Of a stretch of DNA of 64,000 nucleotides, positions 18,504-27,677 are shown one piece after another (the first letter of the stretch is position 1; every line of letters starts with the position of its first letter). A program made the translations under genes and the position numbers. The notes below the pieces were generated by a model, which made no database searches, had not been told where the DNA came from, and saw nothing but the letters and a program-made list of their open reading frames with translations. Source of the DNA: Vicinamibacterales bacterium (lineage in GTDB: Bacteria > Acidobacteriota > Vicinamibacteria > Vicinamibacterales > 2-12-FULL-66-21); the NCBI GenBank assembly GCA_035711845.1, contig DASTBU010000126.1:1039-65038 (forward strand), written 5' to 3'.

Positions 18504-19379
18504 GTGTTAGACATCCGCCAACGCACTGGCTACCTCTTCCTCGGCGTCATGCTGGGACACCTGATCCTGATTTCGGCCCAGGTGCAGTCGAAGACCGGTG
18601 TGCCGGTGCTCGAGAGCGTGACGTTCGGCGTGTTTTCGCGCGTGCAGCAGGCGACTGCGTCGGTCGTCAACGCCGTCCGCGGCGGCTGGGGCAACTACGT
18701 CGATCTGAGGGACGTCCGCGGCCAGAACGAATCATTGCGCCGGCAGCTGGCCGAGTTGGAGGTGCGGTTGCAGGAGCAGCGCGCGCTGGCCGAACGGGCG
18801 GGCCGGCTGCAGCAACTGATGGGCCTGCGGGCCAGCACGAGCCTGCAGACCATCGCAGCCGAGGTGATCGCCGCCAATCCCATCGCCGACATGTTGACGG
18901 TGACGATCGATCGCGGATCGGCCGACGGCGTCAGGCCGGACATGGCGGTCATCGCCCCCAAGGGGGTCGTCGGACGGGTGATTGGGCCGGTGTCGGCACA
19001 CGCGGCGCGCGTGCAGCTCATTATCGACCGGGATGCTGCGGTTGGCGCGCTGACGGAACGGACGAGGGCCGGCGGCGTCGTCCTGGGCGTGCAGGACAGG
19101 TCCAGGGCGCCGCTGCGGATGGATCTCGTGTCGAACCTCTCCGACGTGCAATCCGGTGACGTCGTGGTGGCGTCAGGGATCGACGGAATCTACCCGAAGG
19201 GGTTCGTCATCGGTACCGTGGAATCGTCGGAACCGGGTCCGCTGCTGAACCGCGTCATCACGGTACGGCCCGCGGTGGATTTCTCGGGCCTCGAAGAAGT
19301 GCTGGTGGTGCTCGTGCCGGCGCGCAGCGCGATGGCCGCCGATGCAACGGCGCCGTCCAAGCGGGGTGAGTCGAAGTGA
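18504..19379 (+). CDS. mreC: Rod shape-determining protein MreC
   Basis: Proposed GTG at 18504 gives VLDIRQRTGYLFLGVMLGHLILIS (TM), a coiled-coil (LRRQLAELEVRLQEQ) and a beta-barrel C-terminal part (GDVVVASGIDGIYPKG). The longer ORF from 18390 only translates the heptamer array. Confidence 0.85.
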   Translation: MLDIRQRTGYLFLGVMLGHLILISAQVQSKTGVPVLESVTFGVFSRVQQATASVVNAVRGGWGNYVDLRDVRGQNESLRRQLAELEVRLQEQRALAERAGRLQQLMGLRASTSLQTIAAEVIAANPIADMLTVTIDRGSADGVRPDMAVIAPKGVVGRVIGPVSAHAARVQLIIDRDAAVGALTERTRAGGVVLGVQDRSRAPLRMDLVSNLSDVQSGDVVVASGIDGIYPKGFVIGTVESSEPGPLLNRVITVRPAVDFSGLEEVLVVLVPARSAMAADATAPSKRGESK

Positions 19380-19891
19380 GAGCGGCCGGTGTGCTGCTGG
19401 CGCTGACCGGAGCGCTGGCGCTGCAGACAACGCTGGCGGGGCTGTCGATCGGCGGGGTGGCCGTCAACCTGGTGCTCGTGGCCGTGGTCTACGCGGCGCT
19501 GGCCTTCGGACCGGTCATGGGGCTTCTCGCTGGCAGCGCGGGTGGACTGGCGCAGGACGCGCTGGCGGGCGGCGTCCTCGGCATCGGCGGGTTCTCGATG
19601 ACGCTCGTCGGGTTCATGGTTGGCGTGCTGGGCGCGCAGTTCATCGTCTCCCAGCCGTTCCCGCGGCTCATCATGTTCGTGGGAGCGACCCTGGTCCACG
19701 AGCTGTGTTTTCAGGCGCTGTACTCGCTGGCGGAAGTCCGGGCGTTCCGGTTCGACTACACGGCCGTGCTGACGCAGGCCATGGTGAACGGGGTGATCGG
19801 GATCATCGCGTTTCAGATCGCCGAGGCCGGCCCCGAGTTGCTGGCGCGGCGCCGCGCGAGAGGCGCCAGCCTCAGCAGGAGGCGGTTCTAG
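19376..19891 (+). CDS. mreD: Rod shape-determining protein MreD
   Basis: 171-aa polytopic membrane protein. It overlaps the mreC stop by 4 nt and sits at the conserved position in the mreBCD operon. Confidence 0.75.
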   Translation: MRAAGVLLALTGALALQTTLAGLSIGGVAVNLVLVAVVYAALAFGPVMGLLAGSAGGLAQDALAGGVLGIGGFSMTLVGFMVGVLGAQFIVSQPFPRLIMFVGATLVHELCFQALYSLAEVRAFRFDYTAVLTQAMVNGVIGIIAFQIAEAGPELLARRRARGASLSRRRF

Positions 19892-19892
19892 G

Positions 19893-20020
19893 GTTCACGG
19901 ACCCGACGGTGCCACGAACGGACCACGGTCGTCACGATGATCGGATGACACGATGAGCACGATGGACCTTATTGGGAACGAGAACTCATCGAGTCATCCG
20001 ATCATCGTGGCCATCGTGCC
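19893..20020. repeat. CACGGAC/CACGATG-family repeat element forming a 25-bp hairpin
   Basis: 19933-19957 (CACGATGATCGGATGACACGATGAG) pairs with 19985-20009 (CTCATCGAGTCATCCGATCATCGTG). I checked this base by base: 24 of 25 pairs, with a 27-nt loop. Further CACGRNC units lie 5' of it. Confidence 0.85.
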
Positions 20021-20084
20021 TGCCGTGAGCCCGTTTGTCGGACCGCTGCCGCCTGGCGTCGAGAACTGAAGAGATGGTCGACCC

Positions 20085-21983
20085 ATGAGCACGCACTTTG
20101 CCCCCGACGATCGCCGGAATCTGACGACCCGGCTGTCGCTCCTGCAGGGCGCCATTGCCGTCGTCTTCGCCCTGCTGGCGATCGGGTTCTGGGTGTTCCA
20201 GGTGGCACAGCACCAGAAGTTCCGGGAGATGGCCGAGAACAACCACACGCGGCGGCTGCCGATGCCGGCGCCGCGCGGGATTCTCTTCGACAGGCACGGT
20301 ACTGTCCTGGTCGACAACCAGTACATGTACAACATCACGCTCGATCGCGAGCAGTCGAGGAACATCGGCGAGACCCTGCGGGTGCTCGAGCGGGCGACAG
20401 GCGTGCCCGAGGCGGATCTGCGGGAGACCCTGAACCGTCGTCGCGGCGAGCCGAGCTACAGGCCGCTGGTGCTCATCGAGAACGCGACGGAAGCACAGGT
20501 CATCGCCATGCTCGCCCGCAGGTCCGACCTGCCTGGCGTGAGTTTCGAAAATCTGCCGACCCGTAAGTATCCGGCCAGCGACATGGCCGCGCATCTCTTC
20601 GGGTATGTGAGCGAGGTGAACGAGGCGCAGCTGTCGCGGCCGGAATACGAGGGGCTCGAGGCAGGCGCGCGCGTCGGACAGGCGGGTGTCGAGCAGGCCT
20701 ACAACAAGCTCCTGATGGGCACCGACGGAGGGCGCGCGGTCGCCGTCAACAGCCTCGGCCGCGAAATCTTCGAGGTAGACAAGGACTACCCGCTCGAGGG
20801 CCGTCGCCTGCAGCTGACGATCGACGCCGACGTACAGCGTGCCACGGAGGAGGGATTCCGCCACTTCAAGTACAACGGGGCCGCGGTGATCGTGGATCCC
20901 CGTTCGGGAGAGATCCTGTCGCTCGTGAGCCTTCCGGCTTACGACCCGAACGAGTTCGCGCTCGGGATCGATCCGGCCACGTGGCGTTCGTTGACGACCG
21001 ACCGGCTGCGGCCGCTACAGAACCGCGCCCTGCAGGGGAGGTACTCGCCCGGGTCCACGTTCAAGATCGCCGTGGCCGTTGCCGCGCTCGAAGAAGGCGT
21101 CATCACCCCGGAGCGGCAGGTGTTCTGCCCCGGTGGCGCGAATTTCTACGGCCGCTTCTTCAATTGCTGGCTGGCCGGCGGCCACGGTAGCGTCAACATG
21201 CGCCACGCCCTGGAGCGGTCGTGCAACACCTACTTCTATACGATCGGCAACATGCTCGGCGTCGACAGGATTCACAAGTGGTCGTCGCTGCTCGGGCTGG
21301 GAGAGCCGAGCGGCATCGATCTGCCCAACGAGGTCCGTGGCCTCGTGCCGTCGACCGAGTGGAAACAACGGGTGATGAAGGAGAAGTGGTATCCCGGCGA
21401 GACGATCTCCGTGGCGATCGGGCAGGGACAGGTCAGCGTCACGCCACTGTCGATGGCGGTGATGATGATGACGGTCGCCAACGGCGGCACGCGCTACACG
21501 CCGCACGTGCTCAAGGCCGTGGACGAAGGGAAGGGATGGACGCCTGTTCCGGCGCCGCCCCCGCAGTCTGTGGCCCATATGAAGCAGTCGACGGTTGACG
21601 CGCTGCACGAAGGGTTGTGGATGGTCGTGAACGCCGCCGGCACGGGCGGACGCGGCAAAATCGTCGGGTACAACGTGGCCGGGAAGACCGGCACCGCGCA
21701 GGTCGTGTCGAACCAGGGCAGGGCAGCCGCCGCCCGCGCGGGCGTGGACGTCCGCGATCACGGCTGGTTCGTCTTCTTTGCACCGCACGACAAACCGGAG
21801 ATCGCCGGCGTCATCTTCGCCGAGCATGCGGAGCACGGTTATCTCGGGGCGCCCATCGCGAAGTACGCGATGGAGACGTATTTCGCGAAGAAGGAAGGAC
21901 GGCCGCTCCCGTCGCTTCAGACGCCGGCCCCGCCGGTGATTGCCGCAACGACCGCGACGGCGACACCGGGCCAGAACAGGTGA
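20085..21983 (+). CDS. mrdA: Penicillin-binding protein 2 (elongasome transpeptidase)
   Basis: 632 aa. N-terminal TM, PBP dimerisation domain, and the transpeptidase motifs STFK (PGSTFKIAVAV), SCN (ERSCNTYF) and KTG (AGKTGTAQV). Confidence 0.9.
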   Translation: MSTHFAPDDRRNLTTRLSLLQGAIAVVFALLAIGFWVFQVAQHQKFREMAENNHTRRLPMPAPRGILFDRHGTVLVDNQYMYNITLDREQSRNIGETLRVLERATGVPEADLRETLNRRRGEPSYRPLVLIENATEAQVIAMLARRSDLPGVSFENLPTRKYPASDMAAHLFGYVSEVNEAQLSRPEYEGLEAGARVGQAGVEQAYNKLLMGTDGGRAVAVNSLGREIFEVDKDYPLEGRRLQLTIDADVQRATEEGFRHFKYNGAAVIVDPRSGEILSLVSLPAYDPNEFALGIDPATWRSLTTDRLRPLQNRALQGRYSPGSTFKIAVAVAALEEGVITPERQVFCPGGANFYGRFFNCWLAGGHGSVNMRHALERSCNTYFYTIGNMLGVDRIHKWSSLLGLGEPSGIDLPNEVRGLVPSTEWKQRVMKEKWYPGETISVAIGQGQVSVTPLSMAVMMMTVANGGTRYTPHVLKAVDEGKGWTPVPAPPPQSVAHMKQSTVDALHEGLWMVVNAAGTGGRGKIVGYNVAGKTGTAQVVSNQGRAAAARAGVDVRDHGWFVFFAPHDKPEIAGVIFAEHAEHGYLGAPIAKYAMETYFAKKEGRPLPSLQTPAPPVIAATTATATPGQNR

Positions 21984-21992
21984 GGCCCGACG

Positions 21993-22034
21993 GGAAACTG
22001 GAAACTGGAAACTGGTAACTGGAAACTGGTAACT
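21993..22034. repeat. Heptamer array (GGAAACT/GGTAACT)x6
   Basis: Six exact 7-nt units fill the whole space up to the rodA GTG at 22035. There is no inverted partner nearby. Confidence 0.9.
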
Positions 22035-23141
22035 GTGTTCGAACGCCGCCTGATATTCCACGTCGACTGGCTCCTCCTGGGGGCCCTGCTGCTCATCACG
22101 GGCATCGGCGTCGCCATGATCTACAGCACGACGTTCGTCGCCGTCGGCGACGGCGGGCACGCGGGGCCACAGGTGCGCACGCAGATCTACGCGCTCATCA
22201 TCGGGCTCATCGCGCTGCTGGTGTGCCTGATGATCGACTACCGGGTGCTGGCGGAGAACTCCCTGGTGCTCTACGGCGGTCTGCTCGCGCTGCTGCTGTT
22301 CGTGCTCTTCAAGGGCTCGACCCAGTTCAACGCGACCCGCTGGATCGCGATCGGGCCCTTCAACCTTCAACCCTCGGAATTCGGCCGGATCATGGTCGCG
22401 CTGATGCTGGCGATGTACTTCGGCGAGAACCGCCGCGGGGCGCGCAGCGTCAGCGACCTCGCCCTCGGCGGCTTGTTCACGGCTGTTCCCATGCTGCTCA
22501 TCGCGCGCCAGCCGGACCTGGGCACCGCCGTCACCCTGATTCCCGTCTTTCTCGGCGTGGCCTATCTCGCGGGCATGCGGATGCGCCTGCTCGGCGTGAT
22601 CGCGCTCATCGCCCTGCTGATGGCGCCCTTCGCGTGGCAGTTCGCGCTCAAGGATTATCAGAAGACACGTATCACGACGTTCGTGAACCCGGAGAAGGAT
22701 CCGCGCGGCGACGGATATCAGCAGATCCAGGCGCGGATCACGGTCGGATCGGGCGGCTTGACCGGCAAGGGGTTCATGAAAGGCACGCAGGGGCAGTACA
22801 AGTTCCTGCCGGTCGCTCACAACGACTTCATTTTCTCCGTGCTGGCCGAGGAGAAAGGCTTCATCGGCGTGCTCGCCGCGCTCGGCCTCTATCTGTTCGT
22901 CATCCTGCGCTCGCTCGAGGCCGCCCGCCTCTCGAAGGATCGATTGGGGGCGTACCTGGTCGCAGGCATCATCGCCGGGTTCTCGTTTCAGGTCATCTAC
23001 AACATTGCCATGTCGGCCGGCCTCGCGCCGGTCAAAGGCATCACGCTGCCGTTGATGAGCTATGGCGGGTCCTCGCTCATTGCAACGCTGGCATCCTTCG
23101 GCTTGATCCTCAATGTGAGGATGAGGCGATTCACGAACTGA
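22035..23141 (+). CDS. rodA: Peptidoglycan glycosyltransferase RodA (SEDS family)
   Basis: 368 aa with ~10 TM helices. HVDWLLLGALLL, QPSEFGRIM, HNDFIFSVLAEE and GITLPLMSYGGSS motifs. Confidence 0.9.
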   Translation: MFERRLIFHVDWLLLGALLLITGIGVAMIYSTTFVAVGDGGHAGPQVRTQIYALIIGLIALLVCLMIDYRVLAENSLVLYGGLLALLLFVLFKGSTQFNATRWIAIGPFNLQPSEFGRIMVALMLAMYFGENRRGARSVSDLALGGLFTAVPMLLIARQPDLGTAVTLIPVFLGVAYLAGMRMRLLGVIALIALLMAPFAWQFALKDYQKTRITTFVNPEKDPRGDGYQQIQARITVGSGGLTGKGFMKGTQGQYKFLPVAHNDFIFSVLAEEKGFIGVLAALGLYLFVILRSLEAARLSKDRLGAYLVAGIIAGFSFQVIYNIAMSAGLAPVKGITLPLMSYGGSSLIATLASFGLILNVRMRRFTN

Positions 23142-23274
23142 CGGTCGCGCATGACGCTTGACCTGCTCCTCGTTTTCGCTGCCTGGCAGCTGGCCGCCCT
23201 GATGGCAGGCCCGCTGGCCGTCCGCGCCGGCGTTGAGCAAGCGTGCGCACCCGCATTTCCCCGGAGCTTCTTCA

Positions 23275-24936
23275 ATGAACAAGGAGATGATCATCTCCTC
23301 CAGCGACCTCGAAACGCGGGTCGCAATCCTCGAGGACGATCAGGTCGTCGAGGTCTTCATCGAGCGCGAGCGGCAGCGCGGCGTCGTTGGCAACATCTAC
23401 AAGGGCCGGGTCTCGAAAGTCCTCCCCGGCATGCAGTCCTCCTTCATTGACATCGGGCTGGAGCGCGATGCGTTCCTGTACGTCTCCGAGGTCGTCAATA
23501 CCGTCGAAGAGTTCGAGCGCCTCGAGTCGGGCGACGACGAGGAGGCCGAGCCGGAGCTGGGCGAGGCGCCGATCCCCGTAGGCGCGGTTGCGGGGGAGTC
23601 CGGCGCCGACGACGACGCGGCGGCCGCGGAGTCCCTGGCCACCCAGCCGGGAGCGCCCGCGAAAGAGGGCCGGCCGGAACGCCGCGGGCGCGATCGCGAC
23701 CGCGATCGGGATCGGCCACAGCCGAAGATCGAGGACCTGCTGAAGGAAGGGCAGGAGGTCCTGGTGCAGGTGGTCAAGGAACCTCTGGGCACCAAGGGCG
23801 CCAGGCTGACGTCCCACGTCAGCATGCCCGGGCGGTTCCTCGTCTTCATGCCCACCGTGGACCATGTCGGGGTTTCGCGCAAAATCGACTCGCGCGAAGA
23901 GCGCGGGCGGCTGCGCGGCATCGTCCGCGAGTTCCGCGAGCAGCACGGGTTCACCGGCGGCGTCATCATCCGCACGGCCGCTGCAGCCAGGTCGAAAGAG
24001 GACATCGTCAGCGACCTCGCCTACTTCCATCAGGTCTGGACCGAGATCCGCCAGAAGATGGACGCGCGCCGTCCGCCGGCGCTCCTGTTCCAGGAGCAGA
24101 GCCTCGTCACCAAGCTGCTTCGCGATCTCCTGACCGACGACTACACCGCGATCCGAATCGACAACGAGCAGGAGTACAGGCGCGTGATGGCGCTCGTCGA
24201 GCGCATCATGCCGTCGCTGGTGCCTCGCGTGAAGCTGTATGCGAAGGACTATCCGATCCTGGAGGAGTACGGCGTTCAGGGCGAGATCGACAAGGCCCTG
24301 CGGAGCAAGGTGTGGCTGAAGTCCGGGGGCTATCTGGTCATCAACCAGACCGAGGCGCTCGTCGCCATCGACGTCAACACCGGTCGCTACGTAGGCAAGC
24401 GGACCGGGCGCCTCGAAGACACGATCGTCAAGACGAACCTCGAGGCCGTGACGGAAATCGTCCGGCAGCTTCGACTCCGCGACCTGGGAGGGATCATCGT
24501 GCTCGACCTGATCGACATGGAGGAGAAGAAGAACCGGCAGAAGGTGTTCCAGGAAGTCGAGAAGGAGCTGCGCAAGGATCGCTCGCCGTCCAAGGCCGTG
24601 CAGGTCTCCGACTTCGGGCTCGTGATCGTCACACGCAAGCGCGTGAAGCAGAGTCTGGAGCGTCAGCTCACCGAGCCGTGCCCGTATTGCTCGGGCTCCG
24701 GCTCAATCAAGTCCGCTTCGACGATCTGTTACGAAATCCTGACCGAAATGCGCAAGATCGGACCGGAACTGGACGGCCGGGGTGTGATCCTGCGCGTCAA
24801 CCCCGATATCGCGCGGGCGCTCAAGGAAGAAGAGAGCATCGTGCTGAGGGAGCTGGAGGAAACGCTCGGAAGGCCGGTCACCATCAAGCCCGACGTACAC
24901 CTGCATCACGAGCAGTTCGACGTAATGGCGACGTAG
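23275..24936 (+). CDS. rng: Ribonuclease G/E family endoribonuclease with expanded acidic/RD-rich linker
   Basis: S1 domain (GNIYKGRVSKVLPGMQSSFIDIG), VKEPLGTKGARLT, catalytic region EALVAIDVNTG and Zn-link CPYCSGSG. ATG at 23275 (MNKEMIIS). Confidence 0.85.
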   Translation: MNKEMIISSSDLETRVAILEDDQVVEVFIERERQRGVVGNIYKGRVSKVLPGMQSSFIDIGLERDAFLYVSEVVNTVEEFERLESGDDEEAEPELGEAPIPVGAVAGESGADDDAAAAESLATQPGAPAKEGRPERRGRDRDRDRDRPQPKIEDLLKEGQEVLVQVVKEPLGTKGARLTSHVSMPGRFLVFMPTVDHVGVSRKIDSREERGRLRGIVREFREQHGFTGGVIIRTAAAARSKEDIVSDLAYFHQVWTEIRQKMDARRPPALLFQEQSLVTKLLRDLLTDDYTAIRIDNEQEYRRVMALVERIMPSLVPRVKLYAKDYPILEEYGVQGEIDKALRSKVWLKSGGYLVINQTEALVAIDVNTGRYVGKRTGRLEDTIVKTNLEAVTEIVRQLRLRDLGGIIVLDLIDMEEKKNRQKVFQEVEKELRKDRSPSKAVQVSDFGLVIVTRKRVKQSLERQLTEPCPYCSGSGSIKSASTICYEILTEMRKIGPELDGRGVILRVNPDIARALKEEESIVLRELEETLGRPVTIKPDVHLHHEQFDVMAT

Positions 24937-24946
24937 GCCGCGAACA

Positions 24947-24995
24947 GTGGTCGGTGTCCCGTGGTCCGTCGCCACGGACCACGAGACGCACTACG
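24947..24995. repeat. Heptamer units (GTGGTCC / GGACCAC) forming a 9-bp hairpin
   Basis: GTGGTCG GTGTCCC GTGGTCC GTCGCCA CGGACCA CGAGACG. Stem GTGGTCCGT (24961-69) pairs with ACGGACCAC (24974-82). It lies between convergent genes. Confidence 0.7.
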
Positions 24996-25011
24996 GGCCG
25001 CGGGCGGCGAG

Positions 25012-25500
25012 TTACGGTTGCGCTGCGCTCGAGGCGGGGAGGTGGATCAGGAAGTGGTTCCCCCCGCGGTTGATCCAGACCCTGAGATACTCGTTTCCAC
25101 GAAGCATCTGGACCTTCGATCCCCCCGACGCCGGGGGCGCATCCTTCACCACCATCTTGATTTCGGTCTGCGGGACGATGCTGACGACCTCGCGCCCGCG
25201 GACGGTCCCCCCCTGCACGAACTCCACCCAGCGCTCGAGGTCCTTGGAGATGCCGCGGGCGTCGGGACTGGCGGTCTGGGCGGTGAGCCTGACCTGGTAG
25301 CGTCCGGCCGCAAGCGGCTTTCCGTCGGCCATCACCGCCCGCGTGATTCGGACGGTTCCGAGCGCCAGCTCGCCGGTCGGGACTTGAGGCGCGGGGGCGG
25401 TGTTCGGCTGCTGGTTTGGTGTCTGATGCTGCGCCGAAGCGTCGCTCGCCACGAACAGCGACGCTGCCAGCATCCCAACCAGAACCCACTGCTTTTTCAT
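25012..25500 (-). CDS. Secreted hypothetical protein
   Basis: ATG at 25500 gives MKKQWVLVGMLAASLFVASDASA, a signal peptide. It is the last gene of the ECF operon. I recognise no family. Confidence 0.55.
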   Translation of the reverse strand: MKKQWVLVGMLAASLFVASDASAQHQTPNQQPNTAPAPQVPTGELALGTVRITRAVMADGKPLAAGRYQVRLTAQTASPDARGISKDLERWVEFVQGGTVRGREVVSIVPQTEIKMVVKDAPPASGGSKVQMLRGNEYLRVWINRGGNHFLIHLPASSAAQP

Positions 25501-25627
25501 GACGGCACTCTCCTGGACGACGTGGTGCAGACACGGGACGTGTCCCGGCACGCGACAGCACAACCATTATATCGGCTTGCCGGCGAACGGAGATAGCAAG
25601 GGAGGGGCCAGTTCGACTCGGCTGCCT

Positions 25628-25806
25628 CTGTGCCGGGTGCCTGGTACGGGGGTGCCGTGGACGCGACGGCGTGGCGGGAAATACTACGGCTGAGGCATTG
25701 TTTCACTACGCCGACTCTTCCGGCACTGAGTAAGGGCGTCCGGCACCAGACACCGCCTGTACCAAGGCACCAGGCCCAGGCCGTCCCGGGCACCCAGGCC
25801 CCCCGC
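25628..25806. repeat. Degenerate inverted GGTGCC / GGCACC repeat element
   Basis: Left part is GGGTGCC TGGTACG GGGGTGCC GTGGACG (25635-25663). Right part is GGCACCA GACACC ... CAAGGCACCAGGC ... GGGCACCCAGG (25742-25800). The period is 7-9 nt and imperfect. Confidence 0.4.
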
Positions 25807-25824
25807 AGGAGGCACGACGACCAC

Positions 25825-26886
25825 CTACTGCCGGCCGATGATGATGCTGCCGGAAAACGTCGTGAGATCGAGGAAGGCGCTGGCGTCGCCGAACGTGCCG
25901 CTGACGGAGCGCTGGCGGCCGCGGTTCCCGCCGCTCGTGCTGGTGATCTTGAACTGCTCGAGATCGGTGCGCACGCTGCCGCTGAAGGAACTGGCATCCA
26001 GCTCGAAGCCGACGTTGCCGCTGATCGTGACGCGAATCTCGCCCGAATGCGATCCCAGGTCGTAGCGCCCGCCCTTGACCAGGGGACCGGTCATCTCCAC
26101 GTCTCCGCTCACCGACTGGGCGTCGAGGCGTTCACAGTCGACGTTCTGCAGCACGACATCGCCGCTGACGCTCCCGACGTCCAGACGCCGCGCTTTCACG
26201 TTCCTGAGCGTCATCGTGCCGCTGATCGTCGCGGCGTCCATTGTCCCCTCGATCGTCGTATCGGTGATCTCGACGTCGCCCGACGCGGTTTTGGCCTGGG
26301 TGACGCGGCCGGCGCTCGCGACCCGCACGTCGCCGCTGATGGTTTCGAGCGAGACGTCGCCCTTGATGCCGGTGACCGACAGGTCGCCCGAGATGGAGTT
26401 GGCGGTGATCCGCGCGTGCTCCGGAGCCGTGATGCTGTAGGCGACGCTTCCGCTGGACTCCCGGCGTCCCCTGCGAGACTCGTCCGCCGTCCGCGAGTAC
26501 CGCGTTTGGATTTCCACGCGGCCCGAACGCTCGACAATGTCCACCTCGACGTGTTGAAGCGCCTGCCTGGCTTCCTCCGCCGTCTGCCCGCGTCCGGTCT
26601 TGACCGCCTCGATGGTGACCTCGTTTCCGCTTCCGCGCGTCACGGCGATGTCGCCGGCGAGATTGGAGACCTGTATCTCACCGCTTTCCCCGAGCCGGAC
26701 CGTCTTCGTGATGCGCTCCGTCTCGGTCTGGCGCCGGGAGCCCTGGTAACGCTCGACGTCCCTGCCCTCGACCACCGTTCGCGTAAGGGTGCGGATGCGA
26801 TGCGGGTAGACCTGGGCGCCCGCCGGCATGGCGGGAAGGAAAAAGGCCGTGAGCGTGATCGTCGTGAGCAGGCTGCGTATCATCAT
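25825..26886 (-). CDS. DUF4097-like beta-strand-repeat protein (putative adhesin fold), secreted
   Basis: Signal peptide MMIRSLLTTITLTAFFLPAMPAGA. Many repeats of the SGD(V/I/L) type (ISGDLSV, ISGDVRV, ASGDVEI, VSGDVVL, VSGDVEM, HSGEIRV). Confidence 0.7.
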   Translation of the reverse strand: MMIRSLLTTITLTAFFLPAMPAGAQVYPHRIRTLTRTVVEGRDVERYQGSRRQTETERITKTVRLGESGEIQVSNLAGDIAVTRGSGNEVTIEAVKTGRGQTAEEARQALQHVEVDIVERSGRVEIQTRYSRTADESRRGRRESSGSVAYSITAPEHARITANSISGDLSVTGIKGDVSLETISGDVRVASAGRVTQAKTASGDVEITDTTIEGTMDAATISGTMTLRNVKARRLDVGSVSGDVVLQNVDCERLDAQSVSGDVEMTGPLVKGGRYDLGSHSGEIRVTISGNVGFELDASSFSGSVRTDLEQFKITSTSGGNRGRQRSVSGTFGDASAFLDLTTFSGSIIIGRQ

Positions 26887-26904
26887 CGTCTGTAATCTGA
26901 TTCT

Positions 26905-27654
26905 CTAGGATTTGTTGATGCCCTCGATGACCTGTGCCGCTCCGGCGGCGTCGCCCTTGCGCATCTCGTTCATCAGCGCGACTGCGTCCTGCAGCAGCGC
27001 GACCTTGCGGCGGAGGGCGTTGAACAGGCTGTCGCGGGCGATCGTGCTCTGCGGCTCCGTCTTGAGCGCTGCGCGGCTCTCGGCGATGGCCTGGTCGATC
27101 ATCTCGAGATTCTTCTTCAGCATGGCCGCCGTCTGCGGATCCATGACCGCTTCGTCCGCTTTGGCCGCTTCTTCGAGCTTCGCGATGCCGGTTTGCATGT
27201 GCTCTTCGGCCAACCGGAAGTGATCTTCGATGCTTTGGACGGCTTCCTCACCAGCGGCGTTGCTCTCCGCCGCCGCCGACTGCGTCGTCCCGGGCTGCGA
27301 GCTGTCGCCGCGAAGGAGCGGGAGCAGCAGCAGGAGCGACGCGCCAACCGCGACGATCAGTCCCGCTGCAATGGCCAGCAGCGCGACGCGCGATGCCCTC
27401 GCCGACGGGGCGGGCGCCGGCGGCAGCACGCGGCCCTCCTGCCGCAGGCGACCCGCGATCTGCAGCCACACGCCGTCTGGCGGCGATTGGGCATCCAGGG
27501 TCGCGGCGACGTTGCGAATCCGCTGGAGATCCGCGAGCATCGCACGGCATCCCGCGCACTGATCCAGATGCTGCTGCAGCTCCGCCTTGCGGATCTCGCC
27601 CAGCGTTCCGTCGACCAGTTCGTGAATCGCCCGCGTGTACCTTGCGCAGTTCAT
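26905..27654 (-). CDS. Anti-sigma factor (zf-HC2, single TM, periplasmic coiled-coil)
   Basis: ATG at 27654. HLDQCAGCRAML zinc-finger motif, TM helix VALLAIAAGLIVAVGASLLLLL. It starts 23 nt after the sigma gene stop. Confidence 0.7.
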   Translation of the reverse strand: MNCARYTRAIHELVDGTLGEIRKAELQQHLDQCAGCRAMLADLQRIRNVAATLDAQSPPDGVWLQIAGRLRQEGRVLPPAPAPSARASRVALLAIAAGLIVAVGASLLLLLPLLRGDSSQPGTTQSAAAESNAAGEEAVQSIEDHFRLAEEHMQTGIAKLEEAAKADEAVMDPQTAAMLKKNLEMIDQAIAESRAALKTEPQSTIARDSLFNALRRKVALLQDAVALMNEMRKGDAAGAAQVIEGINKS

Positions 27655-27677
27655 TGCAGCTGTCCGCCGTGAGCTTC

